From contig JBAQPK010000604.1 of NCBI GenBank assembly GCA_049305715.1, positions 1 to 52,949 on the forward strand: a DNA stretch of 52,949 bases. The letters are read 5' to 3'. The position numbers and the translations under genes are program-made. The notes beneath the pieces are model-generated. The model saw only the letters and a list, made by a program, of their open reading frames with translations. It searched no databases and was not told the DNA's origin. Within the stretch, counting starts at the first letter, position 1. Each line of letters opens with the position of its first letter. Positions 1-8,144 of this stretch are shown piece by piece. This DNA is from Desulfuromonadaceae bacterium (GTDB taxonomy: Bacteria > Desulfobacterota > Desulfuromonadia > Geobacterales > Pseudopelobacteraceae).

Positions 1-3000
1 TTCGGGAAGAGGCGTCAGGGGCGTTGTTGGTTTGGCGGGCTTGGTTTTTCTCTGAAGAGCGGGCGCATCAGGCCCGATTTTGCCATCAGACAGCAGGTAT
101 TTGACTTGGGTTTTTCCCTCTCCCTGAATGAAGACATAGAGGGGCTTGCCGTCAAGGTTAGTGGCGAATACCTCAGACTGCCGCATTGAGGCGTTCAGCT
201 CTTCGGAGGCATACAACTTGAGGGCATCGGCCACCCGCATAGCGTCGGCCTGGTCAAACTCTTTGTAAGGGGCTGACAGCTTCACGGCTTTCGATTCGTC
301 GGCCATGTCCCGAGCGTTCATGTAAACGTGATGAGGGGCAGGGACAACATCGGAGCCAGTTTTGATAGTCGGAGCAACCTTGTCCAGTTCGGCATGGGCG
401 CGGTCATATGCGTTCTGCACGGCGGGAAGGTTCTCTGCGGCTTCCAGCTTGTCGGCGGCGGCCCGCAAATGGTCGGCGGGCGTTAAATCCTTTGCCAGTC
501 TGGTCTCTGATGCTGCGGCTGGAGCCGCCTCTTGCGAAACGGCCCCGGTTACTGTTTGTGCGCTTGGCACATCAGCTTTCTTAACGAGGATCTGGAGGGA
601 TTTCAGCTTTTGCGCTGGGCTGTAAGCTGAATCGAGGATGCTGGAAATGTCTTTCTGAAGGGCGAGCTGCTGCTTGACCGGGAGGGAGGCTACGAAGGAT
701 TCCGGGGTTACTTCTTGGGCTTCCGGGCTTCCTTCTTCAGCCGCAGGCACTCCTTGAACGCCATCTTCCGAATATCCGGGTCGCCGCTGTTCGCTGCCAG
801 CATCGTCATTCTTGCCTTCAACTGTTCCTTGGTTTCGGCCATTGGATGCCTCCTTAATTTCATTATGCGCTTTCACCGGCGCGTTGTCAACTGTGACAAA
901 ATCACCATCCGCCAGCTTCGTATCAATAGCGGCAATCAAGGATTCTTCGCTGAGCTTGCCAATGGTCAGCGACATGGCAATAAAACTCTTGGTCGGCGTC
1001 TCTTCTCCGGCGTGGCCTTCCTGGTAAACCCCACCTGACTTGTAAGCAGTCAGGTGATAGCCGTTCATCAGGGCGAAGTCGTACCGGAAATCAAACTGCT
1101 GGCCGGCCGGGGAATTGCCGATAAACCTTTCCACGTCCTCGCGGAACCGGGCGCGGTCGCCAAAGACGAATTTCTTTCTGTCCTCAATCAGCTCACTCAG
1201 AACCCCGTGAGCCTCTTCTTCATCGAGAGTCCCTTCCCCTTCGCCCTGGGCTTCCTCTAACCCGTCCAGGTGTTCTCGGACAAGGCGCGACTCGGAGCCC
1301 AAGGATTCCTTCAGGTGCGCGAAGTCAATCGGGGCTGGCACATAGTCTTGATTCTCTTGCGGTTCGCCCTGCTTGATAAACTCAACCTGCACCTCGTCCA
1401 GCAGATCAATCTTCTCCTTGCCCTTGCCCTGGAGAACCACCCGGCCCTGGCTGTCCTGGCCAAGCACGGTAAACTCGTCTTCCATGCCCCCCTGGATTCG
1501 GCCGATAACCTGATCACCCTTGCGGAGATTGCCAGCCGTCAACTTATCGCCAACCGGCACAAATCCGGCCTGTCGCAATTCCTCGAAGTGGGCGTTGTCC
1601 TGTTCCAGCTTAACCGGCGCGGCCTGGCTCATCGGCTGGGTGGCTTTCAAGGCTTCAACAAAATCATCCAAGGTTTCATAGCCAAATTCTTCAGACTCGG
1701 CGAAGTCGTCCGCAAATACCTTGCCGCCCCGCTTGAAAATGCCGGGGAACTTTTTGGTGATCTCTTTCGACAAGTCGGGATAGTCGCGCTCAAGGGCTTC
1801 CAGGTTAATCGGGTTGCGCTTGGCTTCTTGGATGATGGAATAGATGGGGTCTGACTTGGCGACCTCAGTTGCGGCAATTCCGGCCTGTTTCTGGGAAGCT
1901 GCTTCGGCTTTCGCCTGGGCCATCGCCGCCCGTTGCTCAACCGGCACGGTCTGAATCTGGAACCCGCCTTCGACCGGGAACACTCCATACTCATCGGCGG
2001 CCAGTCGCCCTTTCTCGATTCGGTTGTTGAGTGCTTTGGTTGCCCCGGCTTCGGTCTTGTGGACTTTCTTGAGGATGACCTGACCAATCGGGCCGATCTG
2101 GCGATTGACTGGCCGCCTGATCGTCTCGCCCGGAGCCTGATTAACCGGCAAGCCTCGGGCATCCAGAACGTCAAGGGCGGTCTCGGTGGAGATGGTCGGA
2201 GCCGCCCCGCCTTCTACCCTTGGCTCAATCTTAGGCGCGAAGAACCTCGGGGCAGTCGGCCCAGGTGCGGTCGGCGCTTCCGGCTGGTACTCGGAAACCA
2301 GTTGGTCAATCTCGGCGTTCTTCGCGACGTTGGGTGCGATACCTGGCGAGGGGGCCATAGTGAACCCTTCCCCGGCTGTCCGGTCGCTGGTCAGGAGCGG
2401 GCGGGCAGGTACGGCAGGAAGGGCAGGAGCTGGTCCTGAACCGGGCGGCAGGGAAACTTGGTCGAAGATATCGCCAAGGTTGTTGGGGTCGGTGCCGTAT
2501 AGGGAAGGCTCTCCCTGTGGCGAGTCCTGCGGCTTTTTGGCCAGGGCGTTGATTGCCTGTGATCCCACCGTCGCACCACCAGTCACCAACCCCGAGACAA
2601 TAGCGGTATCAAGTAGAGCCTTGGCGTAATCGTCGGAGGTGTATTTCTTGCCAAGTATCGGCGTGTCAATCAGCGACATTTCCCCGGCTGTGGCTATCAA
2701 CTCGCCAGGGACATCAGCGACAAGACCTTGCCCGAGCCGCTCGAAGAACTTTAACCCTGGCTTCTGGAGGATCTCAAAGGGCAACTTCTCCGTCCAATAC
2801 TCCAGCGCGGTTTGCACAGCCGCGCCAGCAAGCGCCTTCTGGACAGACTTGCCAGCATCTAGGATCTCCCCGGACTTAGTAGACCCTGAATAGACCGCCA
2901 TCAGCGGCAGAGACAACCCGCTTCCCGCCATTTCCGAAATAGTCCGGGCGGCCTGTGATGCGTAGTTCTTTAAGGGGCTTTCGCCGACATCTGGGGTTAT

Positions 3001-3402
3001 CAGCTCATCGATTTGCTTCAGTCCTTTGCGGAATCCGCTTTCGGGCATGTCGAGCGACTTTCTAATCAGGTTGCCGCCTTCGGAAATGACCTGCGGAACC
3101 ACAAAGAATCCCCGCGCTGCCGACTTTCCGGCAATCCCCGCCCAGCTCTCACCACCCGTCCCGACGACATCATCCACCATGCTCTTGGCGGTGTCTCGGA
3201 TATCTGCTGAAGGTGCGCGGCCTACCTGGTTGCTCTGGTCTGAAAGCGCAACCGTTGACCGGCCAGGGCGGGAACTTGCGGCCGGCAGGACTAGCGCGTT
3301 GCCTGTTCCGGGAAACTGCGCCGGGGCCGGACCAACAGAAATACCCGGAGATACTTGGTCGAAAATATCCCCACCGGCAACCTGATCGAAGATGTCAGCC
3401 AT
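1..3402 (-). CDS. Giant virion/ejection-type protein; 5' end complete, 3' end runs off the window (at least 1,134 codons)
   Basis: ATG 3402..3400 abuts the TAA of the 3403..4497 gene. In + strand triplets phased to base 1 I find no tta/cta/tca down to base 1, so there is a start but no stop (hence absent from the ORF track). Translation is protein-like (MADIFDQVAGGDIFDQVSPG ... KTKPAKPTTPLTPLPE). The + strand ORFs listed over 362..3537 are antisense shadows. Confidence 0.8.
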   Translation of the reverse strand, partial: MADIFDQVAGGDIFDQVSPGISVGPAPAQFPGTGNALVLPAASSRPGRSTVALSDQSNQVGRAPSADIRDTAKSMVDDVVGTGGESWAGIAGKSAARGFFVVPQVISEGGNLIRKSLDMPESGFRKGLKQIDELITPDVGESPLKNYASQAARTISEMAGSGLSLPLMAVYSGSTKSGEILDAGKSVQKALAGAAVQTALEYWTEKLPFEILQKPGLKFFERLGQGLVADVPGELIATAGEMSLIDTPILGKKYTSDDYAKALLDTAIVSGLVTGGATVGSQAINALAKKPQDSPQGEPSLYGTDPNNLGDIFDQVSLPPGSGPAPALPAVPARPLLTSDRTAGEGFTMAPSPGIAPNVAKNAEIDQLVSEYQPEAPTAPGPTAPRFFAPKIEPRVEGGAAPTISTETALDVLDARGLPVNQAPGETIRRPVNRQIGPIGQVILKKVHKTEAGATKALNNRIEKGRLAADEYGVFPVEGGFQIQTVPVEQRAAMAQAKAEAASQKQAGIAATEVAKSDPIYSIIQEAKRNPINLEALERDYPDLSKEITKKFPGIFKRGGKVFADDFAESEEFGYETLDDFVEALKATQPMSQAAPVKLEQDNAHFEELRQAGFVPVGDKLTAGNLRKGDQVIGRIQGGMEDEFTVLGQDSQGRVVLQGKGKEKIDLLDEVQVEFIKQGEPQENQDYVPAPIDFAHLKESLGSESRLVREHLDGLEEAQGEGEGTLDEEEAHGVLSELIEDRKKFVFGDRARFREDVERFIGNSPAGQQFDFRYDFALMNGYHLTAYKSGGVYQEGHAGEETPTKSFIAMSLTIGKLSEESLIAAIDTKLADGDFVTVDNAPVKAHNEIKEASNGRNQGTVEGKNDDAGSEQRRPGYSEDGVQGVPAAEEGSPEAQEVTPESFVASLPVKQQLALQKDISSILDSAYSPAQKLKSLQILVKKADVPSAQTVTGAVSQEAAPAAASETRLAKDLTPADHLRAAADKLEAAENLPAVQNAYDRAHAELDKVAPTIKTGSDVVPAPHHVYMNARDMADESKAVKLSAPYKEFDQADAMRVADALKLYASEELNASMRQSEVFATNLDGKPLYVFIQGEGKTQVKYLLSDGKIGPDAPALQRKTKPAKPTTPLTPLPE
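708..842 (-). CDS. Small ORF (44 aa, MAETKEQLKARMTMLAANSGDPDIRKMAFKECLRLKKEARKPKK) nested out of frame inside the giant ORF
   Basis: AAGGAGG lies 6 nt upstream of ATG 842. Third-position GC is about 35/44 in this frame versus about 16/40 in the giant-ORF frame over the same stretch. Below the 60-aa track cutoff. Confidence 0.35.
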   Translation of the reverse strand: MAETKEQLKARMTMLAANSGDPDIRKMAFKECLRLKKEARKPKK

Positions 3403-4497
3403 TTAGAAGGAATACCCCTGCTGTTTTGCCATTTCTCTTGCCTTCGCCTTGTCGCCGCCAGCTTGTTCGAGGAACTTGGTTGCTATCTCTTTTGTTACCA
3501 CTTTTGCCGCTGTTTGTCCACCTTTAGGTGCGGTTAAAGCATTGCCGGAACTGTGGCTTGAAGCCATCTGCACCGGCTCTTTAACTGCTCCACCCATCGC
3601 CCCGCCCCGAATCTGATTGACCAGCCCCCAAGCTTCATTAACCAGGGTCTCGCGGTCTTTGTAACCGGGTGCGCCTGGCTCGATATAATTCGCCGCCTGC
3701 GCCTTCTCCGCGTCAGTCACCCACGACATCACCAGCTTGGCCGGTTCTACCCTAGATAGCTTCTGCAACTCGTAGGCTTCTTTCTCGTCCTTGGCTATAC
3801 CCATCTGAACCATTGCCCGCCAAGTCTGGACTTCGGCAGGTTCATCGCCGCCCTTCGCGCCAGTCTTCTTGTACTCCTTTAACTCCGCCATAGTCGGAGG
3901 TCTGCCAAGAATCGTGGACAGGTCGGCAAAGTCGGAAGATGTATTGCTCTTGGTTGACTTCTCTGGTGCGGTCGCCAAGACATTACCTTGGGCATCAATT
4001 ACCGACGACCCAGCCGCCACGGTGGTCTGGCCTTCCTTGGCCATCTTGTTCTTGGAGGCCACCTGGTACGCCTTGATCCGCTCCTTGTTGCCAATCGCAC
4101 CCAGCGCCCGCTTTACCAATGGCGTGACTTCTTCTTTGGGCATCCCGTAAACCTTGGAAAGATACGACCCAAGACCATCCCCAAACTGGAAGGCTTGTTC
4201 CTGGTACTGGTCGTCTGGCAAGTCGGTATTAAGGTTCGGGATCTCGGAAGCCACCGCCTCGCTGATCTGCTTTTCCATGTCCTGCGCCCGTTTAATGCGC
4301 CGGTCTTCCCCGGCAACCGACAGCGCATTGTCTTCTCGCTGCATGTTCCGCGACCGGTCTTCCTGCCGCTGGGCCATCAAGAGCGCGTTCTGCTTATCGC
4401 CTGCTTCCTGCCGATTTATCTGCCTGACGTTCTCCCGGCCCGCAAGATAGTTCTGCATCGGCTGGTTGGCGTCGAACACTTTCAATTCTGGTAGCAT
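3403..4497 (-). CDS. Virion internal/ejection protein candidate (364 aa)
   Basis: Track ORF in the gene run between tail-hub candidates and the giant ORFs. Charged Q/E/R/K-rich N-terminal third; no catalytic motif recognised. Function assigned by position only. Confidence 0.7.
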   Translation of the reverse strand: MLPELKVFDANQPMQNYLAGRENVRQINRQEAGDKQNALLMAQRQEDRSRNMQREDNALSVAGEDRRIKRAQDMEKQISEAVASEIPNLNTDLPDDQYQEQAFQFGDGLGSYLSKVYGMPKEEVTPLVKRALGAIGNKERIKAYQVASKNKMAKEGQTTVAAGSSVIDAQGNVLATAPEKSTKSNTSSDFADLSTILGRPPTMAELKEYKKTGAKGGDEPAEVQTWRAMVQMGIAKDEKEAYELQKLSRVEPAKLVMSWVTDAEKAQAANYIEPGAPGYKDRETLVNEAWGLVNQIRGGAMGGAVKEPVQMASSHSSGNALTAPKGGQTAAKVVTKEIATKFLEQAGGDKAKAREMAKQQGYSF

Positions 4498-4509
4498 GTT
4501 ATCGTCTCC

Positions 4510-5199
4510 TTACCATTCGTCGCCGGACCAGAAATCATCCGTGCCGCTCTGCCCTTGCGTTGAGTAAGCCGTCGCCCCGCCGCCACCTGTTGATCCGGTA
4601 TTCGTCCCGTAATTCTTGTTGCCATAGTAGGAAGACAGCGCGTTAGCTACCCCCTGGCTTGCCCCGGTCATCGCGTTGGCGGAATTAATCATCCCCGAGG
4701 CCCGAGCGTTGCCGGCCGACATCAGATTGTTGCCCATGATGTTGCCGGTGTTCAGGGCGTTGGCGCTCATCCCGGCCGCCGCCGACTGCCCAACCCCTGC
4801 TAGGGATTGAGTGGGATTCAGTTTGGTAGCAATCCACTCGTTCAGCCAGTTGCCCCGGTTATTCTCATTGACGGCCACGGCGGTCTTCTGCAAGTCCTTC
4901 GCCGCTTTCCCGGAAGCGTAAAGGCCCCGAGAGGCAAGGTAGGTATCGGTGGCCCGGTTGGCCTCGTCAAGCCCCTGGTTGTAATACTCGCTGTCCTTGA
5001 AGTCACCAGGCCCGTCTTGCACCATCGCGTTCAGGTTGCCAAGGTTTTCTTCACCGACTACCAGCCAAGGCATCTGGTCGGCCCGCGACTGCTGGTACAT
5101 CTGCCATTGGGTTTCGTTGGCTTGGGCCGCAGACTGGGCCTGGGTGTCGGCCGCGTTCTCTGCCGCGTCAGCGCCCTTGATTCCTGATACCACGCTCAT
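4510..5199 (-). CDS. Gly/Asn/Ala/Ser-rich virion internal protein candidate (229 aa)
   Basis: Track ORF; its ATG overlaps the GNAT stop (ATGA). Low-complexity C-terminal half (GNNLMSAGNARASGMINSANAMTGASQG ... SSYYGNKNYGTNTGSTGGGG ... DDFWSGDEW). Confidence 0.7.
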   Translation of the reverse strand: MSVVSGIKGADAAENAADTQAQSAAQANETQWQMYQQSRADQMPWLVVGEENLGNLNAMVQDGPGDFKDSEYYNQGLDEANRATDTYLASRGLYASGKAAKDLQKTAVAVNENNRGNWLNEWIATKLNPTQSLAGVGQSAAAGMSANALNTGNIMGNNLMSAGNARASGMINSANAMTGASQGVANALSSYYGNKNYGTNTGSTGGGGATAYSTQGQSGTDDFWSGDEW

Positions 5200-5633
5200 T
5201 TCAGCACCTTTAGGTAATGTTTCTCAATCAACTCGTAGCCCTTGCGCCTGTATAGTTTTTCCAATATCTCCGGCTGGCTGTCCGTCAGGTGCACCATCGC
5301 CACAGCATCACACTTTTTTTCAACTGCCCAGTTCTCGAAGGCGGCGAATAACCGCAACCCCTTGCCCCGGAACTCGGGCAGGACAAACCAGAATGTTTCA
5401 ACTGCGACAATCCGGGGATGATGCAAGTCAGGGCCTTTAATTCCGCCCAGCCCGCCCACAACCTTATCCCCCACCATGAGAGCAAAGACCACCGCCGCCC
5501 CGCTGCGGATCATGCGCTGGTAGGTCTTGGTAGCGTGGTCAGGGTCAACAATCACATGCCCGGTATGGTTGGCAAAGTCAGCCGCCATCAGTGATACCGG
5601 GTGCATCTGCTCTGGGGTTATTTGGATAATCAT
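5196..5633 (-). CDS. GNAT-family N-acetyltransferase (145 aa)
   Basis: Size and acetyl-CoA motif-A-like segment VLPEFRGKGLRLF, followed by a KKGY-type C-terminus. ATGA overlaps with both neighbours. Confidence 0.8.
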   Translation of the reverse strand: MIIQITPEQMHPVSLMAADFANHTGHVIVDPDHATKTYQRMIRSGAAVVFALMVGDKVVGGLGGIKGPDLHHPRIVAVETFWFVLPEFRGKGLRLFAAFENWAVEKKCDAVAMVHLTDSQPEILEKLYRRKGYELIEKHYLKVLK

Positions 5634-6709
5634 AGTGTCGGGAACACCGTCATATTCCGGCTGGTGGCAATCTCCGTGAACAGCGCCGTAAAGTTAGCTG
5701 CGTCCTCATCTGAGATACTTCTGGTCTGGTACTCGGTTCCCACAAACGGCTGAACCAGCACCGGGAAAAAGTTGTACCCTGCCGGCAGCTCCTTCAATTC
5801 CTCGATGATGTCCTCCGTGGTTTCGCCAGGTAGCCCGGTCAAAATGCACCCGTGATAGCCAATGTCGTATTTATGGAGGAGGTCAAGGCAGGAATAAATC
5901 TGCTCCACCTTGATTCCCTTTCGCATCGCGTCGAGCTTGTCCTGCCTGAACGATTCAATCCCAACCACGAAGTACCGGCAGCGGCTTTTCTTTGCAGCAA
6001 TCGCCATCTCTTCGTCGAACCGATCAACCCGAATTGCCGCCGTCCAAGGCTTCGTCATCCTCCCGCAGATTTCCATAAACCGGGACTTACTGGTGTTCAG
6101 GGTGTTGTCGTTGATAATCACCGTGTCCACATCGCCGTAGCTGTCAATCTCGGCCATCACCTGATCAATATCGCGGGCCTGGGTCTTGCAGGTCTGAGCG
6201 CAGAACCGGCAGCGGTTCGGGCAACCCCTTTGGGTCAGTACCCCGATATGCTTAAAGCCGTTGCGCTTGTGATATTCCGCCACCCCAAAGCCTTCGTAGT
6301 CCGGCAAGGGGATAGTGTTCAGGTCGGGCTTGGTGCCGTAGATAATCCCGGATGTGGTCAGTGCTTGCTCAACCACGTTTTCACCTTCTCCGACTACCAC
6401 CGTGTCCACATGCTGCAACATCTCTTCCGGCTTAAAGGTCGCCAAGGCTCCACCGAGAACGGTATGAATCCCAAGCCCTTTGCAAATAGCCGCATCCCGC
6501 TTGATGTCCTCAAGGAAATGCTCGAACCCGGTGAAGAGAACGGCGTCGTAACCTTCCAGCGGCAGGGCGTGATAGAGATTCTGGTTGTTGATGGTCACGT
6601 CATGCCCCGCCCGCTTCAGCACGGCGGAAATGGTCATGTAGCCCAGCGGGTAACAGCAAGGGTCGCTGATTGGCACGTTGTAGTTATGCAGGACGAGGAG
6701 AATTTTCAT
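5630..6709 (-). CDS. Radical SAM enzyme with an N-terminal Rossmann-like (B12-binding-type) domain (359 aa)
   Basis: CxxxCxxC cluster GCPNRCRFC at aa 162-170, preceded by about 150 aa starting MKILLVLHNY... (class-B radical SAM architecture). 4-nt overlaps on both sides. Confidence 0.85.
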   Translation of the reverse strand: MKILLVLHNYNVPISDPCCYPLGYMTISAVLKRAGHDVTINNQNLYHALPLEGYDAVLFTGFEHFLEDIKRDAAICKGLGIHTVLGGALATFKPEEMLQHVDTVVVGEGENVVEQALTTSGIIYGTKPDLNTIPLPDYEGFGVAEYHKRNGFKHIGVLTQRGCPNRCRFCAQTCKTQARDIDQVMAEIDSYGDVDTVIINDNTLNTSKSRFMEICGRMTKPWTAAIRVDRFDEEMAIAAKKSRCRYFVVGIESFRQDKLDAMRKGIKVEQIYSCLDLLHKYDIGYHGCILTGLPGETTEDIIEELKELPAGYNFFPVLVQPFVGTEYQTRSISDEDAANFTALFTEIATSRNMTVFPTL

Positions 6710-7665
6710 AGCTTATCCATTCCTTCGTTGACCAGCAGCGCGTGGAGCAGGTTGTACGCCTTCCCGTCCTTGGCCCGATACCAGGGGGCGCAAGCAATGT
6801 CTTGGAGGTCAACATTGTCTGTCCCATACCAGGAGACCGGCATAATGTTAAGCCCGTTCACCCGCACTTCGGTAAAGCTGGTCTTGGTGCTGCCGGTAAA
6901 CTCAACTTTCCCCAACCTATCCAGGGCCAGAAGCATGTCGCTTACAAATACTCTTTCCCCGGCTCCGTCTTCCGCCCAAGCGTTGCAGGCGTTCTTGATC
7001 CGCAGGGCGCACACGATGTCGGAATATTCTTGGTAGAGCGCCACGGCATCTTTAACCTGGCTCACATCGTCAATTACGCACAGGATGGAGTTAATCTTGA
7101 TGCCGCACTCCCGCGCATTTGCCAAAGTCTGCAGGTCGGCCCCGTTGCTTTCCGGGTGGATTGAAACGTGAATGTCGGCGCAATCATCAGACAGCATCAT
7201 CAAGGCGGCGGTGCGTTTGAAGAAATCCATATCGGCGGTCTTGGTGCCGTTGGTGACAATAGAGATAGCCCCGCACTCCTTCTTGACCTCCTCGCACATG
7301 GCGAAGAAATCTTTATGGATGGTCGGCTCACCACCAATCAGGGAGACAGCGCCTGTCTTGTCCACTCTCCCAGCTACTTCCTGGCACACATCGGCGATTG
7401 TCCGGTCTTTGCCTTCAAGCCCGTGGAAACAATACTTGCACTTGAGGTTGCACCGGGAGGTGATATCAACGAAGTACCCGTCATAAATCCCCTTGTCTTC
7501 CTGCTGCTGGCACCACAACCACCACCGATAATCACGCTCAACCATCGCCTCGAACGGGCCATGAAGCGGACAAGCCTTCAGCATCCAGGCGGCCCCACTG
7601 AGGTTATGGATTTCCGCGGGAATCTCTGCGTAACAGACCGGGCATAGCGAGGTGGTTTCTTTCAT
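6706..7665 (-). CDS. Radical SAM enzyme with an N-terminal zinc-ribbon-like motif (319 aa)
   Basis: CNLKCKYC (aa 72-79) is a CxxxCxxC motif, followed by the glycine-rich LIGGEPT. N-terminal CPVC...CPLHG motif. No SPASM-type Cys cluster seen. Confidence 0.85.
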   Translation of the reverse strand: MKETTSLCPVCYAEIPAEIHNLSGAAWMLKACPLHGPFEAMVERDYRWWLWCQQQEDKGIYDGYFVDITSRCNLKCKYCFHGLEGKDRTIADVCQEVAGRVDKTGAVSLIGGEPTIHKDFFAMCEEVKKECGAISIVTNGTKTADMDFFKRTAALMMLSDDCADIHVSIHPESNGADLQTLANARECGIKINSILCVIDDVSQVKDAVALYQEYSDIVCALRIKNACNAWAEDGAGERVFVSDMLLALDRLGKVEFTGSTKTSFTEVRVNGLNIMPVSWYGTDNVDLQDIACAPWYRAKDGKAYNLLHALLVNEGMDKL

Positions 7666-8144
7666 TGGACAAACATCCCGACGCCAGAACCGCCATAGTA
7701 TTGGTTAAGAATATCAGCCTGTGTCTCGGGAGAATCAAACGGGCCAGCGGCCAGAGCGTTGTTGCCGCCCGGCTGGGCTTGGGCCGCCAAGGCATTGCCC
7801 TTGCCCCGAGTCTCGCTTTTCCAGTCCGGTACGTACTTGTTCAGGAGCGGCCAGACCTCTTTATGCCGGGGGTCATCGGCCCGTTCGACTGGAGGTTTCT
7901 TCGAGGCCCGCCATTTGGCCATCTGGGCGTCGATTCTGGCGCGGGCATCGGTCTTGGCTTTGGTATTTGCCGCTGCCGTTCCGACTGTTGGGATTGCCGC
8001 CGCATCGGCTTTCACATACGGGTCGTAAACATTGACCACCGCATGAGAATCAGGCACGTCAACCCCGATTGCCTCACCCTGGTCGGTAACGATAGAGGCG
8101 CTTATCGGGTCCATAAATTCCATAACTGAATCAAAGAAGCCCAT
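7662..8144 (-). CDS. Small virion internal protein candidate (160 aa)
   Basis: Track ORF. TAATG overlap with the upstream gene and ATGA overlap with the radical SAM gene. N-terminus MGFFDSV resembles the GDIFDQV motif of the giant ORF; C-terminus ...NQYYGGSGVGMFVQ. Confidence 0.7.
   Translation of the reverse strand: MGFFDSVMEFMDPISASIVTDQGEAIGVDVPDSHAVVNVYDPYVKADAAAIPTVGTAAANTKAKTDARARIDAQMAKWRASKKPPVERADDPRHKEVWPLLNKYVPDWKSETRGKGNALAAQAQPGGNNALAAGPFDSPETQADILNQYYGGSGVGMFVQ

Noticed and set aside
3400-3405. Stop directly followed by an in-frame ATG (TAA-ATG at 3403, TGA-ATG at 29177) as evidence for readthrough fusions
   Set aside because: A stop that abuts an ATG is necessarily in the same frame. 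Both downstream genes have their own plausible starts, so this is ordinary tight gene packing.
362-3537. A dozen + strand ORFs of 60-194 aa listed in the track over the first 3.5 kb
   Set aside because: They lie antisense to an uninterrupted minus-strand frame of at least 1,134 codons. Their translations are low-complexity (Ala/Gly/Arg/Pro/Ser-rich), as expected for shadow ORFs in GC-rich coding DNA.
5852-7036. 394-aa + strand ORF, and similar long + ORFs at 10796..11362, 11437..12174, 41935..42579 and 47285..48163
   Set aside because: They are antisense to well-supported minus-strand genes (radical SAM genes, secreted protein, coat, fibre, giant ORF). They have no RBS or recognisable motifs.
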